This document shows positions 40,635 through 51,161 of a DNA stretch of 64,000 nucleotides, one piece after another (the first letter of the stretch is position 1; every line of letters starts with the position of its first letter). Made by a program: the position numbers and the translations under genes. The notes beneath the pieces were generated by a model. The model did no database searches, was not told the DNA's origin, and saw only the letters and a list, made by a program, of their open reading frames with translations. This stretch comes from Lingula anatina (taxonomy: Eukaryota; Animalia; Brachiopoda), in contig CM120649.1 of the NCBI GenBank assembly GCA_051362555.1, positions 18,800,567 to 18,864,566 of the forward strand. The letters run 5' to 3'.

Positions 40635-40988
40635 CTAAAAATTTGTATCTCGTGTCTTGACTGCAGGTGACCGATGTGTCTTGCGAACTTTTGGACTTTT
40701 GACCACTTGAGGTGATCTGTTCTTCTTTATAGTCATGGAGTTTAAAGCTTTTCTTATGACGTCACCATCCACGTACAGGTCAGGTGCACCTCTCTTTTTA
40801 GGTTTTCTTTTCACAGCCATGTTCTTTTTTGAAGCAACAGTTTTATGCACTTGCAATATTTCAGCACGTCGAGGTGGATGTAACCTACCACCACCCCGTT
40901 GAATCCTTGTACCATGGAACTTGTGTATAGAGCCACCACCCGCCTGTGTCTCGTATCTTTTAACTAGGGCTTGATAAACAGGATCCAT
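40635..40988 (-). CDS. Basic virion core (pVII-like) protein with adenain sites
   Basis: YETQAGGG..FHGTRIQRGGG followed by a K/R-rich tail with SP motifs; lies between penton and MCP. Confidence 0.8.
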   Translation of the reverse strand: MDPVYQALVKRYETQAGGGSIHKFHGTRIQRGGGRLHPPRRAEILQVHKTVASKKNMAVKRKPKKRGAPDLYVDGDVIRKALNSMTIKKNRSPQVVKSPKVRKTHRSPAVKTRDTNF

Positions 40989-40990
40989 TG

Positions 40991-41722
40991 TTACAGTAAA
41001 CTTTTTCGGCGAAAATGTAACGTCGCAATCGTCTTCCCACTATCGAAATGCACAAGTTCACCCGTGTCGCGACATATATCTATTCGAATGGTATCGATGT
41101 GATGTTGATTCAAAGGGATGTAAATAGGCGAATCAAATGTTTTGGTAACAACTTCCTCACGTTTACCATTGACACCAACGATCTTCAGTAAATTTGCAGA
41201 CGCATCCCCCACCAACTGATTTTGTATGATATCCGCGTATACATATAGCGAATTAAAGCCTAGAGTCATGTTGGGAGGGTTAGGAGCTATCACGTCTGAA
41301 GTTACCCTCGTGTCCGTTACCCAACCTAACATCTTTCCTACATCACCGGTAAAATTGATACTTGCACCGGAACGTAAATGAACTGTAACTCGTCTCGATA
41401 TAATATTATATCCTAGTGTGATGTTTGTTTTTCCAACAGTTGATAGGTCATCGTGGATTGTAGTTATGAGGTCATTGATGGTTCGATAGTATCCAGCAGG
41501 GATAGACAATGTATTTGTCGTCAGTCCATCATAATACATCAGAGCACTATCTTTTAGATTTTTCCATGTTTTTGGATATTGAAGTTCCACTAAGGCAACT
41601 TCGTAGTCACCATCTAAATATAAGGTTGACGACAACTTTGTTTGAAATGACTCAGCTTTATTCTTTGGAAAATACTTAAAGCTGCTGTTAGAAGGTAAGA
41701 TAACATGAAAAGACGAGGCCAT
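40991..41722 (-). CDS. Minor capsid (penton) protein
   Basis: FHVILPSNSS..FPKNKAESFQTKL...YEVALVE, LYVYADII..QLVGD...LL, TLHFRR. Confidence 0.93.
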   Translation of the reverse strand: MASSFHVILPSNSSFKYFPKNKAESFQTKLSSTLYLDGDYEVALVELQYPKTWKNLKDSALMYYDGLTTNTLSIPAGYYRTINDLITTIHDDLSTVGKTNITLGYNIISRRVTVHLRSGASINFTGDVGKMLGWVTDTRVTSDVIAPNPPNMTLGFNSLYVYADIIQNQLVGDASANLLKIVGVNGKREEVVTKTFDSPIYIPLNQHHIDTIRIDICRDTGELVHFDSGKTIATLHFRRKSLL

Positions 41723-41759
41723 CGCTTCAACTGGAGCTCCGGGGAAAACGAAATATCAT

Positions 41760-42869
41760 TTATACCGTTTTAACATCTGCTGCCTTGATCCAACTGTTAA
41801 ATTTTTCTGGATAACCTCGCCATTTTACAAAATGTTCCCTCGATTTACCCTTGCCTCTTGATTTTAAAATTTTTTCGACTATGTACACATCGTCTTTCTT
41901 CACAACACGAATCATTTCAGGTTCGTAGAAGACACCCTCTATCTCTTCTCCTTCGTAATCTTCCACCTTGTAGACGGGCGGTGACCTGTTTAAACGCTGC
42001 GTTATTGTAAACAACTCCTGTGTCCAACCCTGCTCGTAGCCTTTGGCAAATGGAGTTCTATACTTGCTCAACCTAACAGTGTCTCCAGTGTTGAATTTAA
42101 ACTTTGCTTTTTTGAATATTGTATCCCCGTAAAGGTTTTTCCATACCAACTCTGAGTTGTTTTCTTTCGACGCTTCTGTTGGTGACATACCAATGCTCCT
42201 GTGTTTAGCTGCATTGTATCCCTTCAAAAGTTGGTCAAGTGCGTATAAATATGTAAGTGTATTGTTGGCGGTGAAATATTTGTACATGCGAGATTTTAAC
42301 GTTCTGTTAAACCTTTCGACTATCGAACTTTTTCGTTCCGACTTTGTTGTGAAAAAGGCTATTCCTTGTTCCTTCAGGTATGCCTGAAATTTTTTATTTG
42401 TAAATTCTGTTCCTGCATCGGTTTGTAAAATTGCCGGTTTTCGGCCTTCTGCTAAAATATTATTAAACGCTTCCAACACACTATCAGCAGTTTTTGATTT
42501 GATGGCCACAGCCCATGCGTACTTTGAAAAAACATCAATCACAGTTAACAAAAATTTCATTCCTTTATTGTATTTTGATAATTTGCTGAGGTCAGCTAAA
42601 TCTGCTTGCCATTGCTGATCTGTACGACCAACAACAACACGATTGGTATGGAATCTTTTTCTGACGTTAGCGTGTAGAGTATATGTATCTTGTTTCGTCA
42701 AGAACTCTTCGATTTGCATACGGGTAATCTTCTTTTTAGCTTTTCTCGCCGCTTCATATAATTTCAATGCACTGCCAAAACTAGCAGGGTTGGAAGGGTC
42801 GTAATATAATGTCCTTAAATATTCATCTATCTGTTTCTTACTATTACTGCTTGTTTGTTTTCTCTTCAT
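41760..42869 (-). CDS. Retroviral-like (rve) integrase with C-terminal chromodomain
   Basis: DDE residues in WQADLAD, QTDAGTEF and VERFNRTLK; chromodomain YIVEKIL...VKWRGYPEKFNSWI. First ATG is at 42869 (the ORF track starts at TTG 42893). Confidence 0.96.
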   Translation of the reverse strand: MKRKQTSSNSKKQIDEYLRTLYYDPSNPASFGSALKLYEAARKAKKKITRMQIEEFLTKQDTYTLHANVRKRFHTNRVVVGRTDQQWQADLADLSKLSKYNKGMKFLLTVIDVFSKYAWAVAIKSKTADSVLEAFNNILAEGRKPAILQTDAGTEFTNKKFQAYLKEQGIAFFTTKSERKSSIVERFNRTLKSRMYKYFTANNTLTYLYALDQLLKGYNAAKHRSIGMSPTEASKENNSELVWKNLYGDTIFKKAKFKFNTGDTVRLSKYRTPFAKGYEQGWTQELFTITQRLNRSPPVYKVEDYEGEEIEGVFYEPEMIRVVKKDDVYIVEKILKSRGKGKSREHFVKWRGYPEKFNSWIKAADVKTV

Positions 42870-43025
42870 CTTACTTTTTACAACTGTTTCCAAGAAGGCT
42901 AAAGTATGTGTTTAAATAAATATCTTTAAAAGAGTCTGTACGTTTTTTGAGAAGATATCCCAGAATTTCTGTCCACTTCATCAAAGTTTATGTTCAACAG
43001 TGTTTTCACCGTACTGCCTGTGTAG

Positions 43026-43421
43026 TTAGATTTTTTTTTCGTTGGCGACAAACAGCTGCACAAATTCGTGGCGCTTTTCGGGTTTGAGAGGGACGTTTAT
43101 TGGATTCGTAAGTCTCCTTTCAACGGTATTCATAGTACACTGCGGACTGTGGTCTTCATGCTCTTTATCAGCAGCATCCCTCAGTGGATCCCAATTCTTT
43201 AGACTGACCCGACAGTTGAAACAATTAACAGTGTCGTCTGTACTTGATGCATTGGGGTCTCTATAAAACCCGCTTATGGCTAAAGGTATAGGGTTGATGA
43301 GAAGTTTACCAGGCCAGTTAAGAAAACTAAGAATCCTCTCTTCTTCCTTACAAAAAGGTACTTGAAAAAAGAAAGGCTTGTCATCGGGAGCACAGTCCTC
43401 GAATACTTCACTGTCGTCCAT
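43026..43421 (-). CDS. Single-BIR inhibitor-of-apoptosis-like protein
   Basis: EEERILSFLNWP...LAISGFY...DTVNCFNCRVSLKNWDP...EHEDHSPQC is a complete BIR consensus with CX2CX18HX6C zinc ligands; no RING. Confidence 0.88.
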   Translation of the reverse strand: MDDSEVFEDCAPDDKPFFFQVPFCKEEERILSFLNWPGKLLINPIPLAISGFYRDPNASSTDDTVNCFNCRVSLKNWDPLRDAADKEHEDHSPQCTMNTVERRLTNPINVPLKPEKRHEFVQLFVANEKKI

Positions 43422-43429
43422 CACTTATG

Positions 43430-43597
43430 AAACACTTGCTTTTACCGGCAGTATTTATCAAAGACAAAACCCAATCAGAAACCGCTTTGTTGGACAAGAT
43501 CCAATCACATACAAAGAGTCATTTTAACCAACTGTGTTGTTTTGCGGTGTTGTTATAAAAGTCTGTATTTAACTCTCATTTCAGACCGACAGAGACC
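43430..43597. promoter_or_regulatory. Divergent promoter between the BIR gene and pPolB
   Basis: Two repeated acaa-ccaatca CCAAT boxes (~43472, 43501), TATAAAA at ~43554 and an accATG start. Confidence 0.55.
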
Positions 43598-46500
43598 ATG
43601 AGACACTACAAATGCAATGTTTGTGGTGCGTCTTTTAATGGGGCCCGTGACCTAAAACACCATCGGCTCAGCCACACGACGAAAAAAGAGGTGGCGTGCC
43701 CCGAATGCGGAAAGACCTTTACTCGTCGGGATAACATGAATAGGCATAGACGCCTCCACCAAACGCGAGATCCGGGGACCTCGGTGAGTTCGAACAAAAA
43801 ACGCTCGACGCCCAAGTCTTCTAACCAATATGCAACCGCCGCCAAAGTCCCTAAGACCCAAACGGGATCAGGAGCTGCCTTTTCATCTGACCACGTCGTC
43901 ATGCCTGACGATCTTCTACCCTCGGACGTCGACCCATCAGTCGCTGAAGCGTACGAAAGTCACTGGAACAGCATACGGACCAGATCCTCGAGGGGTAACA
44001 AACTGCAAGACTGGTACAATGTCAGATTGACCACCCTTCAACCCGACGCCCTTCGAAACGTCCTGGAGCAGATTTTGGAAGACCAACGCACGGCGTTTAA
44101 GATCAACGTGTCGTACGGTTTTTTTCTCCGAAACAACGAGACTGGGCAGCTGAGGTACTACCACCCCAGCAGCAACAACCATTGCTTCTTAGAAGCGCCC
44201 GCTGTGATCCGCCACCGCCAAGATCTCGATGGTTTCTTCCACAGCATGACCACAAGAGATATTTTAGAATGTGCTCGACAGGAGCGGCCAAATTCGAAGT
44301 GGGTGGTAGACAGGGTAACCAATGCCACGTTTTACGTGACGAAGCTTAAGGGCCACCCCATTGGTTGCGGGGTCGACCTGCCGTCTTATGTGCTACACAA
44401 CAGGGGTCTCGTTGCCCTGCAAAAAAACACAAATGGAAAACCATACCGCGACAATCTTTGCCTCTTTCGATGCCTCGCCTTGCACAGAGGTTCGTCCCTT
44501 ACAGCTCTCGAAAAACCGACGAAGAGACTCTTCAAAGAATATACCACAGGCAAACGAAAACGCAAAGGTTTCCAAGGCGTGGCGCTCCATCGACTACACA
44601 AGGTGGAAGACCTCTTCGAGGTAAACATTGCCGTTTTCGAATTACAGCAAAACGAAGAGGGTGATGTGTTTGCAGAACTCGTTCGTCGTTCGACTGACAA
44701 GTACAACGACACCATGTCGCTGAACGTGCACGAAAATCATTTTTCATACATACGGGACGTGAACAAATACACTCAGTCATTTTGCTGTTCGAGATGCAGC
44801 AAAATGTTTAAGCACAAAGGCATGCTCCAACGCCACGAACGGACCTGCGACGTCCTCGTCGAGCACCGTTTTCCTGGCAAAGCATACACTCCTCCGCAAA
44901 CCGTTTTCGAAGAATTGGAAGAAGAGGGCATATGCGTCCCCGAAAAAGACAGGTATTACCCGTATCGGGCGACGTTCGATATTGAATGTTTGCTGCAACA
45001 TACCGAAGAGCCTGAAAAAAGTGAAAAACTGCAGCTGGAGCGTGAACATCAGTTTCTTAGCGTCAGCGTGTGCAGCAACGTCCCCGGGTACTCCGAGCCA
45101 AAATGCATTATTTCTGATGGCGAGCCGAGGATAGCTGTGCAATTGTTTGTCAACACCTTACAAAACATGAGCCACGCAGCCGAAAAGCTTCTAAAGGACA
45201 AGTTTGCCTGGGTCTTTGAAAAACTTGATGAAAAAATAGAAAAAGACATCAACAAAATTATACAGGAAAGCGAAGACGAAGGCGAAGATGGTGAAGCCTT
45301 AACCAAAAAGCATTATCTAACCAAACTTAGCCGTAGATTTAGTAATTATTTAATGGAATTGCCCGTCTTAGGTTTCAATAGCGGGCATTACGATCTCAAC
45401 GCCATGAAAACGTTGTTTTTTCCGTTGTTGGTGAACACCTTGAAATTTGTGGTAAAACGCAACAACAACTACATGGTGTTGAAATCGGAACGCCTAAAAC
45501 TTTTAGACATTTGTAACTATTTAGCTCCCGGATGCAGCTATGGTCAGTTCCTTAAGGCGTTTGAGTGCACGGAGTCCAAGGGGTTCTTTCCCTATGAGTG
45601 GATGGACTCTTTGGACAAACTGGAATGCCCTCACCTCCCTTCTCGCGAAGCGTTTTACTCCAAATTAAAACAAAGTAATATCACAGAGGAAGATTACGCG
45701 GAGTGCCAACGCGTGTGGGTAGAAAACGGTATGCAGACAATGCGCGATTTCCTCGAGTGGTACAACAACAAAGACGTTGAACCGATGCTGGAAGCGGTGG
45801 CAAAAATGTTCGCTTTTTACGAAGAAAGAGGTATCGACATGTTTAAAGACGGCATCAGTGTGCCGGGTTTAACTTTGAAATACCTCTTTCAAAATGTAGG
45901 AGATGCATTCTTTACCCTTTTCGATGATAAGCACAGCGATCTTTACTACCTTCTAAAAAATGCTATCGTAGGCGGTCCCAGCATCATCTTTCATCGCTAC
46001 CACGAGAGGAATAAGACCTTTCTTCGAAAGGCCACCTCTGAAGTGCCCAAGCTGTGCAAAAAGATCGTCGGGTACGACGCCAATGCCCTGTATCTGTGGT
46101 GTTTGATGCAACCCATGCCTACGGGCACTTTTATCCGCAGGCGAGAGGAGTCTAAATATACACTCGAATATTCTCATCCACGAAGTGGTTAGACTGGGTT
46201 GCCCGTTCAAACAATATACACATTAGGCATCAGTTCAACGGCACGGAAAAGCGCATCGGGTGCCGTCGGCTACCGGTGGATGGATTTTGCCGAGAGACGC
46301 AGACCGTGTATCAGTACCAAGGCTGTTATTTCCATGGTCATCGGTGCCATCTTAACCAAAACAAAGATGGCACTTATAAAGAAATAAACGACACAAAAAA
46401 GGTGACCATGGAATCTTTGAGAATCGAAACTGAAATTAATAGCGAGTACATTCGGGATAGCGGCTACAATCTTGTCGAAATGTGGGAGTGTGAATGGAAA

Positions 46501-47754
46501 AAACTGCAACTTGAAAGTGAAGAAGTAAGGCAGTTCGTGAAGAAGTACACGCTCCCCACCGAACACAGGTATCTGCTCACGTTCAACGAGATCCTAGATG
46601 CAATTCTCAACGACAATCTGTTTGGATTCGTTGAGTGCGATATAGAAGTTCCACTCGAAATAAGATCAAAATTCTCCGAAATGCCACCCATCTTTAAAAA
46701 CACTACGATTACCCGAGACGACATCGGGTCGTACATGAAAAATTTCGCGGAGGAAAATAAAATAATGAGCAACCCGAGACGTTCGTTGGTTGGGAGTTTT
46801 TTCGGCGAAAAAATCGTTTTGGCAACCCCGCTGATAAAATGGTACTTAGAACACGGTCTTCGCGTGACGCGTATCCATCAAGTAATCGAATACACCCCAA
46901 AGGCCTGTTTCAAGCTTTTCGGAAACGCCGTCAGTGACGCTCGTAGAGAGGGCGACAGGGACAAGACAAAAGCTATCGTCGCTGACACCATGAAGCTCAT
47001 TGGTAACTCGGGCTACGGAAAAACAGTGACCAACAAAGAACGGCACCGCGACACCAAGTATTGTGGCGGGGCAAAAGCTTCCCAAAAAGTCAACAGTCAC
47101 CGTTTTCGACGTTTAGATCAAATTACAGAAGATGTGTATGAGGTTGAATTAAACAAAAAAATCATCAAATTCGACCTTCCTCTACATATAGGCGTGATGG
47201 TGTATCAGTACGCCAAGCTACGCATGCTAGAGTTTTACTACGACTTCATGCTAAAATTCGTGGATCCGTCCGATTTTCAATACTGTGAAATGGACACGGA
47301 TTCCGCTTACATTGCCTTCTCGGCGGACAGCTTAGAAGACGTAGTAAAACCACACATGAGAGCACAGTACAGAGCCGAGAAACACCTGTGGTTTCCGCGC
47401 ACTGATACCCCAGAGCACGAGGCCTATGACAAACGGACGCCCGGGTTGTTCAAAGCCGAGTGGGTCGGTGACGGAATCGTTGGTTTATGTAGTAAGACAT
47501 ACTATTGTTTTGGGGAAGGCACCAAACCAAAATTTAGCTGCAAAGGGATCAATAGGAAATGTAACAATATCAACGAACACAAATACTTAGATGTACTATT
47601 AAACAAAGAGAGTGGCAGCGGTGTCAATAGAGGGATGCGTTTATTTGACAACACTATGTATTCTTACGTACAAAAAAGAGACGCCTTTAGTTATTTCTAC
47701 TGTAAAAGAAAAGTGTTAAACGACGGAGTGTCTACTGAACCCTTGGATATCTAG
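43598..47754 (+). pseudogene. Protein-primed family B DNA polymerase with N-terminal C2H2 zinc fingers; frameshifted at ~46180
   Basis: Two C2H2 fingers; vOTU-like DNLC...NHF; exonuclease FDIE, FNSGHYD, YNNKDV; polymerase YDANALY, KLIGNSGYG, MDTDS; Vsr-like insert VDGF..YQYQGCYFHGH. The frame breaks between YSHP and TKWLDW. Confidence 0.95.
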
Positions 47755-47909
47755 TGTCATCAAATAAATAATTGTTGCTGCGAATTTTACTTTGTTTTCA
47801 ATAAATATTCTTCAAATAAAATATTCGTAAAAGTTGCTGCTGCGTTTACTGTGTTAGTGGGTAGCTTAAAATAGCAGAATATTCCTGAAAATCACTAAAG
47901 GCTCGAGTT

Positions 47910-48190
47910 AAAAGTTTGTGTTGCTTACGTCACAATATCAACCTTTGATAACCCGGTTATTGTTTTCCCAGGCCTTAATTGATATACAGTGCTTGTCAAA
48001 TATTTGATAATCCTTAAGTCTCGCGCTTGCAAATGCCCTACTTTGATAAGGTCATAGAGACGCGATGCGGCCAACTAGGTCAACTTGAGAGCGAGGCTGC
48101 TCTCACCTCATTCTGTACCTCTTTTTTGTACCATATGATTGCATTGAAATTTTCAGAAAAAGTTGGTCGAACGGTGCATAACATACTACT
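47910..48190 (-). repeat. Polinton right terminal inverted repeat
   Basis: Reverse complement of the left end; the inner part is shorter and diverged. Confidence 0.9.
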
Positions 48191-51119
48191 CAAGATTATA
48201 AGAAAACAGGTCAGCATACAATCTGATTGTTTACAAAATATCTAAGCAGAACTCCACATGGCCACTCTCTGAAACCATTCATTGCAAATTGAATGAAAGG
48301 GGATCGTGAGTTCAATAATAATTTGCATAAAATACAATTAAAAATTAGTTTCATTGCTTTGTATGGTGTGAGATACCGATCGCTTTCCAACGTAACTTTG
48401 TAACTCAGTAGGATGTTGACGGCTACTGTCGGGCGTGAACTACAGTGCAATTCAATGCCAGTGTTTGGCAATATTTTGTTTGTTTACGAGATATAAGCCC
48501 TTATTACGATGTCCCATAAACAAAGGTACATGTATTATTTCGCCTTTTCCCGATAAAATCTGAAAGGTGCCTTTTAAAGGAAAAAAATCCAACAGCTGAT
48601 TTTAATGCTTGCTTGTTGTTGTGATTAAATAGACGTTTTAAAAAACGGTGTTGACAAATGCTCAGGTAAGGGAAATTTGTTTGAAATCAATATTGCAGTT
48701 CTATCCTCAAAAACACTGTTGTTTCATTATCATCTGGAGTAAGCAAATTAATCACCGTGTATTTTTTTTTATTTGACAGCACTATCTCATAGAACGACAA
48801 TGCCCCTGCGAAAATTTGTCTCATAACATAATGTTTTTCTCTTTTAATGAAAAAATGTTTTAATCTGTTCTAGGACATTCTGAAGGACGTCCCAAAAAAA
48901 GATCTCGAACTGCTACATTCATTACAGTGCACCATTAGAACTGTAAAAAATACACCAAATGTTCTAGAATAGATTGAGCACCGTAAGTGAACGTTAAATG
49001 AAACATATTTTCGCAGGGGTGATTATTTCTACCCAGTACATTATTGAATCGGACCAAAAAAGCCTTTACGTAACAGTCTCCCCTTCAAACCCGTATATAT
49101 TCTGTCTTATAGTTAGGAGGTGGATTTGGAATGTTATGGTCTTAATTTCTAAAACTAAGGCCACACTTTTTTATTTTTATGGATATCATCTTCTGGGTAC
49201 CCCAAAATCGGTGCGAGAGGGCGAAAAAAAAAAAAAAAAAAAAAAAAAAAACAGTCCCAAAAAATAAAAATGCTGCTTAAGTAAAGGAATGCTGTCAGCA
49301 CACAGCTGGAAACACAAATTTTACCACAGAAACACGTAGACTAACAAATTCCATGTTCAAATATGGCCAACCGACTTGAAAGCCGCGCGTGGAATCTTTT
49401 TAGTGTCTATTAGGGCATTATTTGGCCATTATTCGGCCATATTTGAATCTGCACATTAATTAGTGCTGAGAGAAATGTATGGTTAGATAAGAGAAAAATG
49501 AACTATTTGATATTGCTCAGATTTAAAGCGTAAAAAAGAAATAACTGGTTGAAAGGTAGATAGACGTATTAATAAGATACACTGTTTCTTCGCTTATTTC
49601 ATTCCCTTAATAATAAGAAAAGTGATACACTATATAAACATACACATATGAAACATTTTGATACAACCTACGCGGTTAACAAAACCTCAGTGTTTAATAC
49701 AACTGGTATCATGCAGCTTTATATTTTATATTTTCTAACCACAAATAGGTGAGCACAGTGACAGGTGGCTTATATGGCTAGATAAATCCCATGATACTTA
49801 TTCGTTCGATTTCATCCATCGCTTTAGCAAAGAGCTTCAACAAAGGGTCTTCAAAGGATAATACAGACTTTTTTGGAAATGCACTTAATTTTTTGACCAC
49901 AAATGTTGTAAGTGGCCATGAGGGTGACATGGATAAAAATGTGTTGATCATTAAAAAATTAAGTACTGGAATTTGAAATGTCCCTCAGACAGAAACGTAT
50001 TAATGGAGAGGCGGCCGTCGAGCAGGAGCCTGGAATGTGGACTGAGAATAAAACACTCACACACAGTAAGGTTGATGTTACTGAGGCAAAGGAAGTCCTA
50101 TGGATGAACATTTAAGACACTGGATTTGGATAGGCATTTGAAACTAGACCAGGTGTGACAGAGATGGTAGTCTGCTGGGAACCGTAGTCTGTCTCCCATT
50201 ACTTTACGGCATGCGTCTTATGTAGTAACCGCAATACTCCGACTAACATTAAACTGTGCTAGTCATAAGGTAGCCGGACTTCCATTCCTGACATACCGGT
50301 GATGTCGTTACTTTACTGGGGGACAAATTTTAATTTGCACTTTGCTCATGAGTGTAGCTGTTAGTATAAACTGTAAAGGGATGCAATGTTGTAAACGAAA
50401 TAATTATGTGTAGGGAGGTTGTAAAGGTAAAGTGATTGGCAGGGGGTAAGATTAAAAGGAAATATAAAAATATGTAGTGACGTTGTCGTGAGAAACAAAA
50501 CAATAAAAATAATAATAATACAGAGAAAAGAGAGGGCAATTAACATATTAAGAAAACTTATTCATGGCCAAGGGCATTGAAATAACCTTGTTAAATTTTG
50601 TCTATAAAACAGGTGCCTGCGATCAAATTAAAATACTGAGTATACGAAATGTATGCCTTTTTTTTTGGAATAGGCCCGTGGCTGCGAGCCTGAGATATGC
50701 TAGTTATCCAAAATATTATACTGTTAATCATATTCCTTATATAAGAAATGACCAATTTTCCGAAAATACAGTGTTCCGTTGGACTTGTTTTTACATATTT
50801 CATCTACATAGAAGATAAAACGTAATTAAAGCGGTTTATTATGCAGGCAAAAAGGATTTGATTTGCAAAACATACGGGCAAAAAGAAACTTTTGGCGCAT
50901 AAACTTCATTAAATATGCGACGTCTTTGCTATTTTCCAAACTTTTTGCTCCAGCTCTTAAACAGTAATTAAAAAGCTCGAGATAAAAAGAATACATAGGC
51001 GGTTTAGACGTCAGTGCTGTGTTCGTATTTTAATTAAGTCTCATCTTACTAACTGGTACTGATGATGATCGATGTACTGGGAAAAACACTTGGCCTAATT
51101 TTCAATCCCAGCCCTCCTC

Positions 51120-51161
<42 letters not shown>

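Larger units (their letters stand above)
31580..48190. mobile_element. Complete Polinton/Maverick (adintovirus-like) endogenous viral element, 16,611 bp
   Basis: Starts AGTAGT and ends ACTACT; 6-bp TSD CAAGAT at 31574-31579 and 48191-48196; TIRs; encodes pPolB, rve integrase, MCP, penton, adenain and ATPase. Confidence 0.97.

Noticed and set aside
43606-47100. Many short antisense and alternative-frame ORFs over pPolB
   Set aside because: Shadow ORFs of a GC-richer coding region with no motifs
31580-48190. Contaminating free virus or phage contig
   Set aside because: A perfect 6-bp TSD and host genes on both sides indicate integrase-mediated insertion
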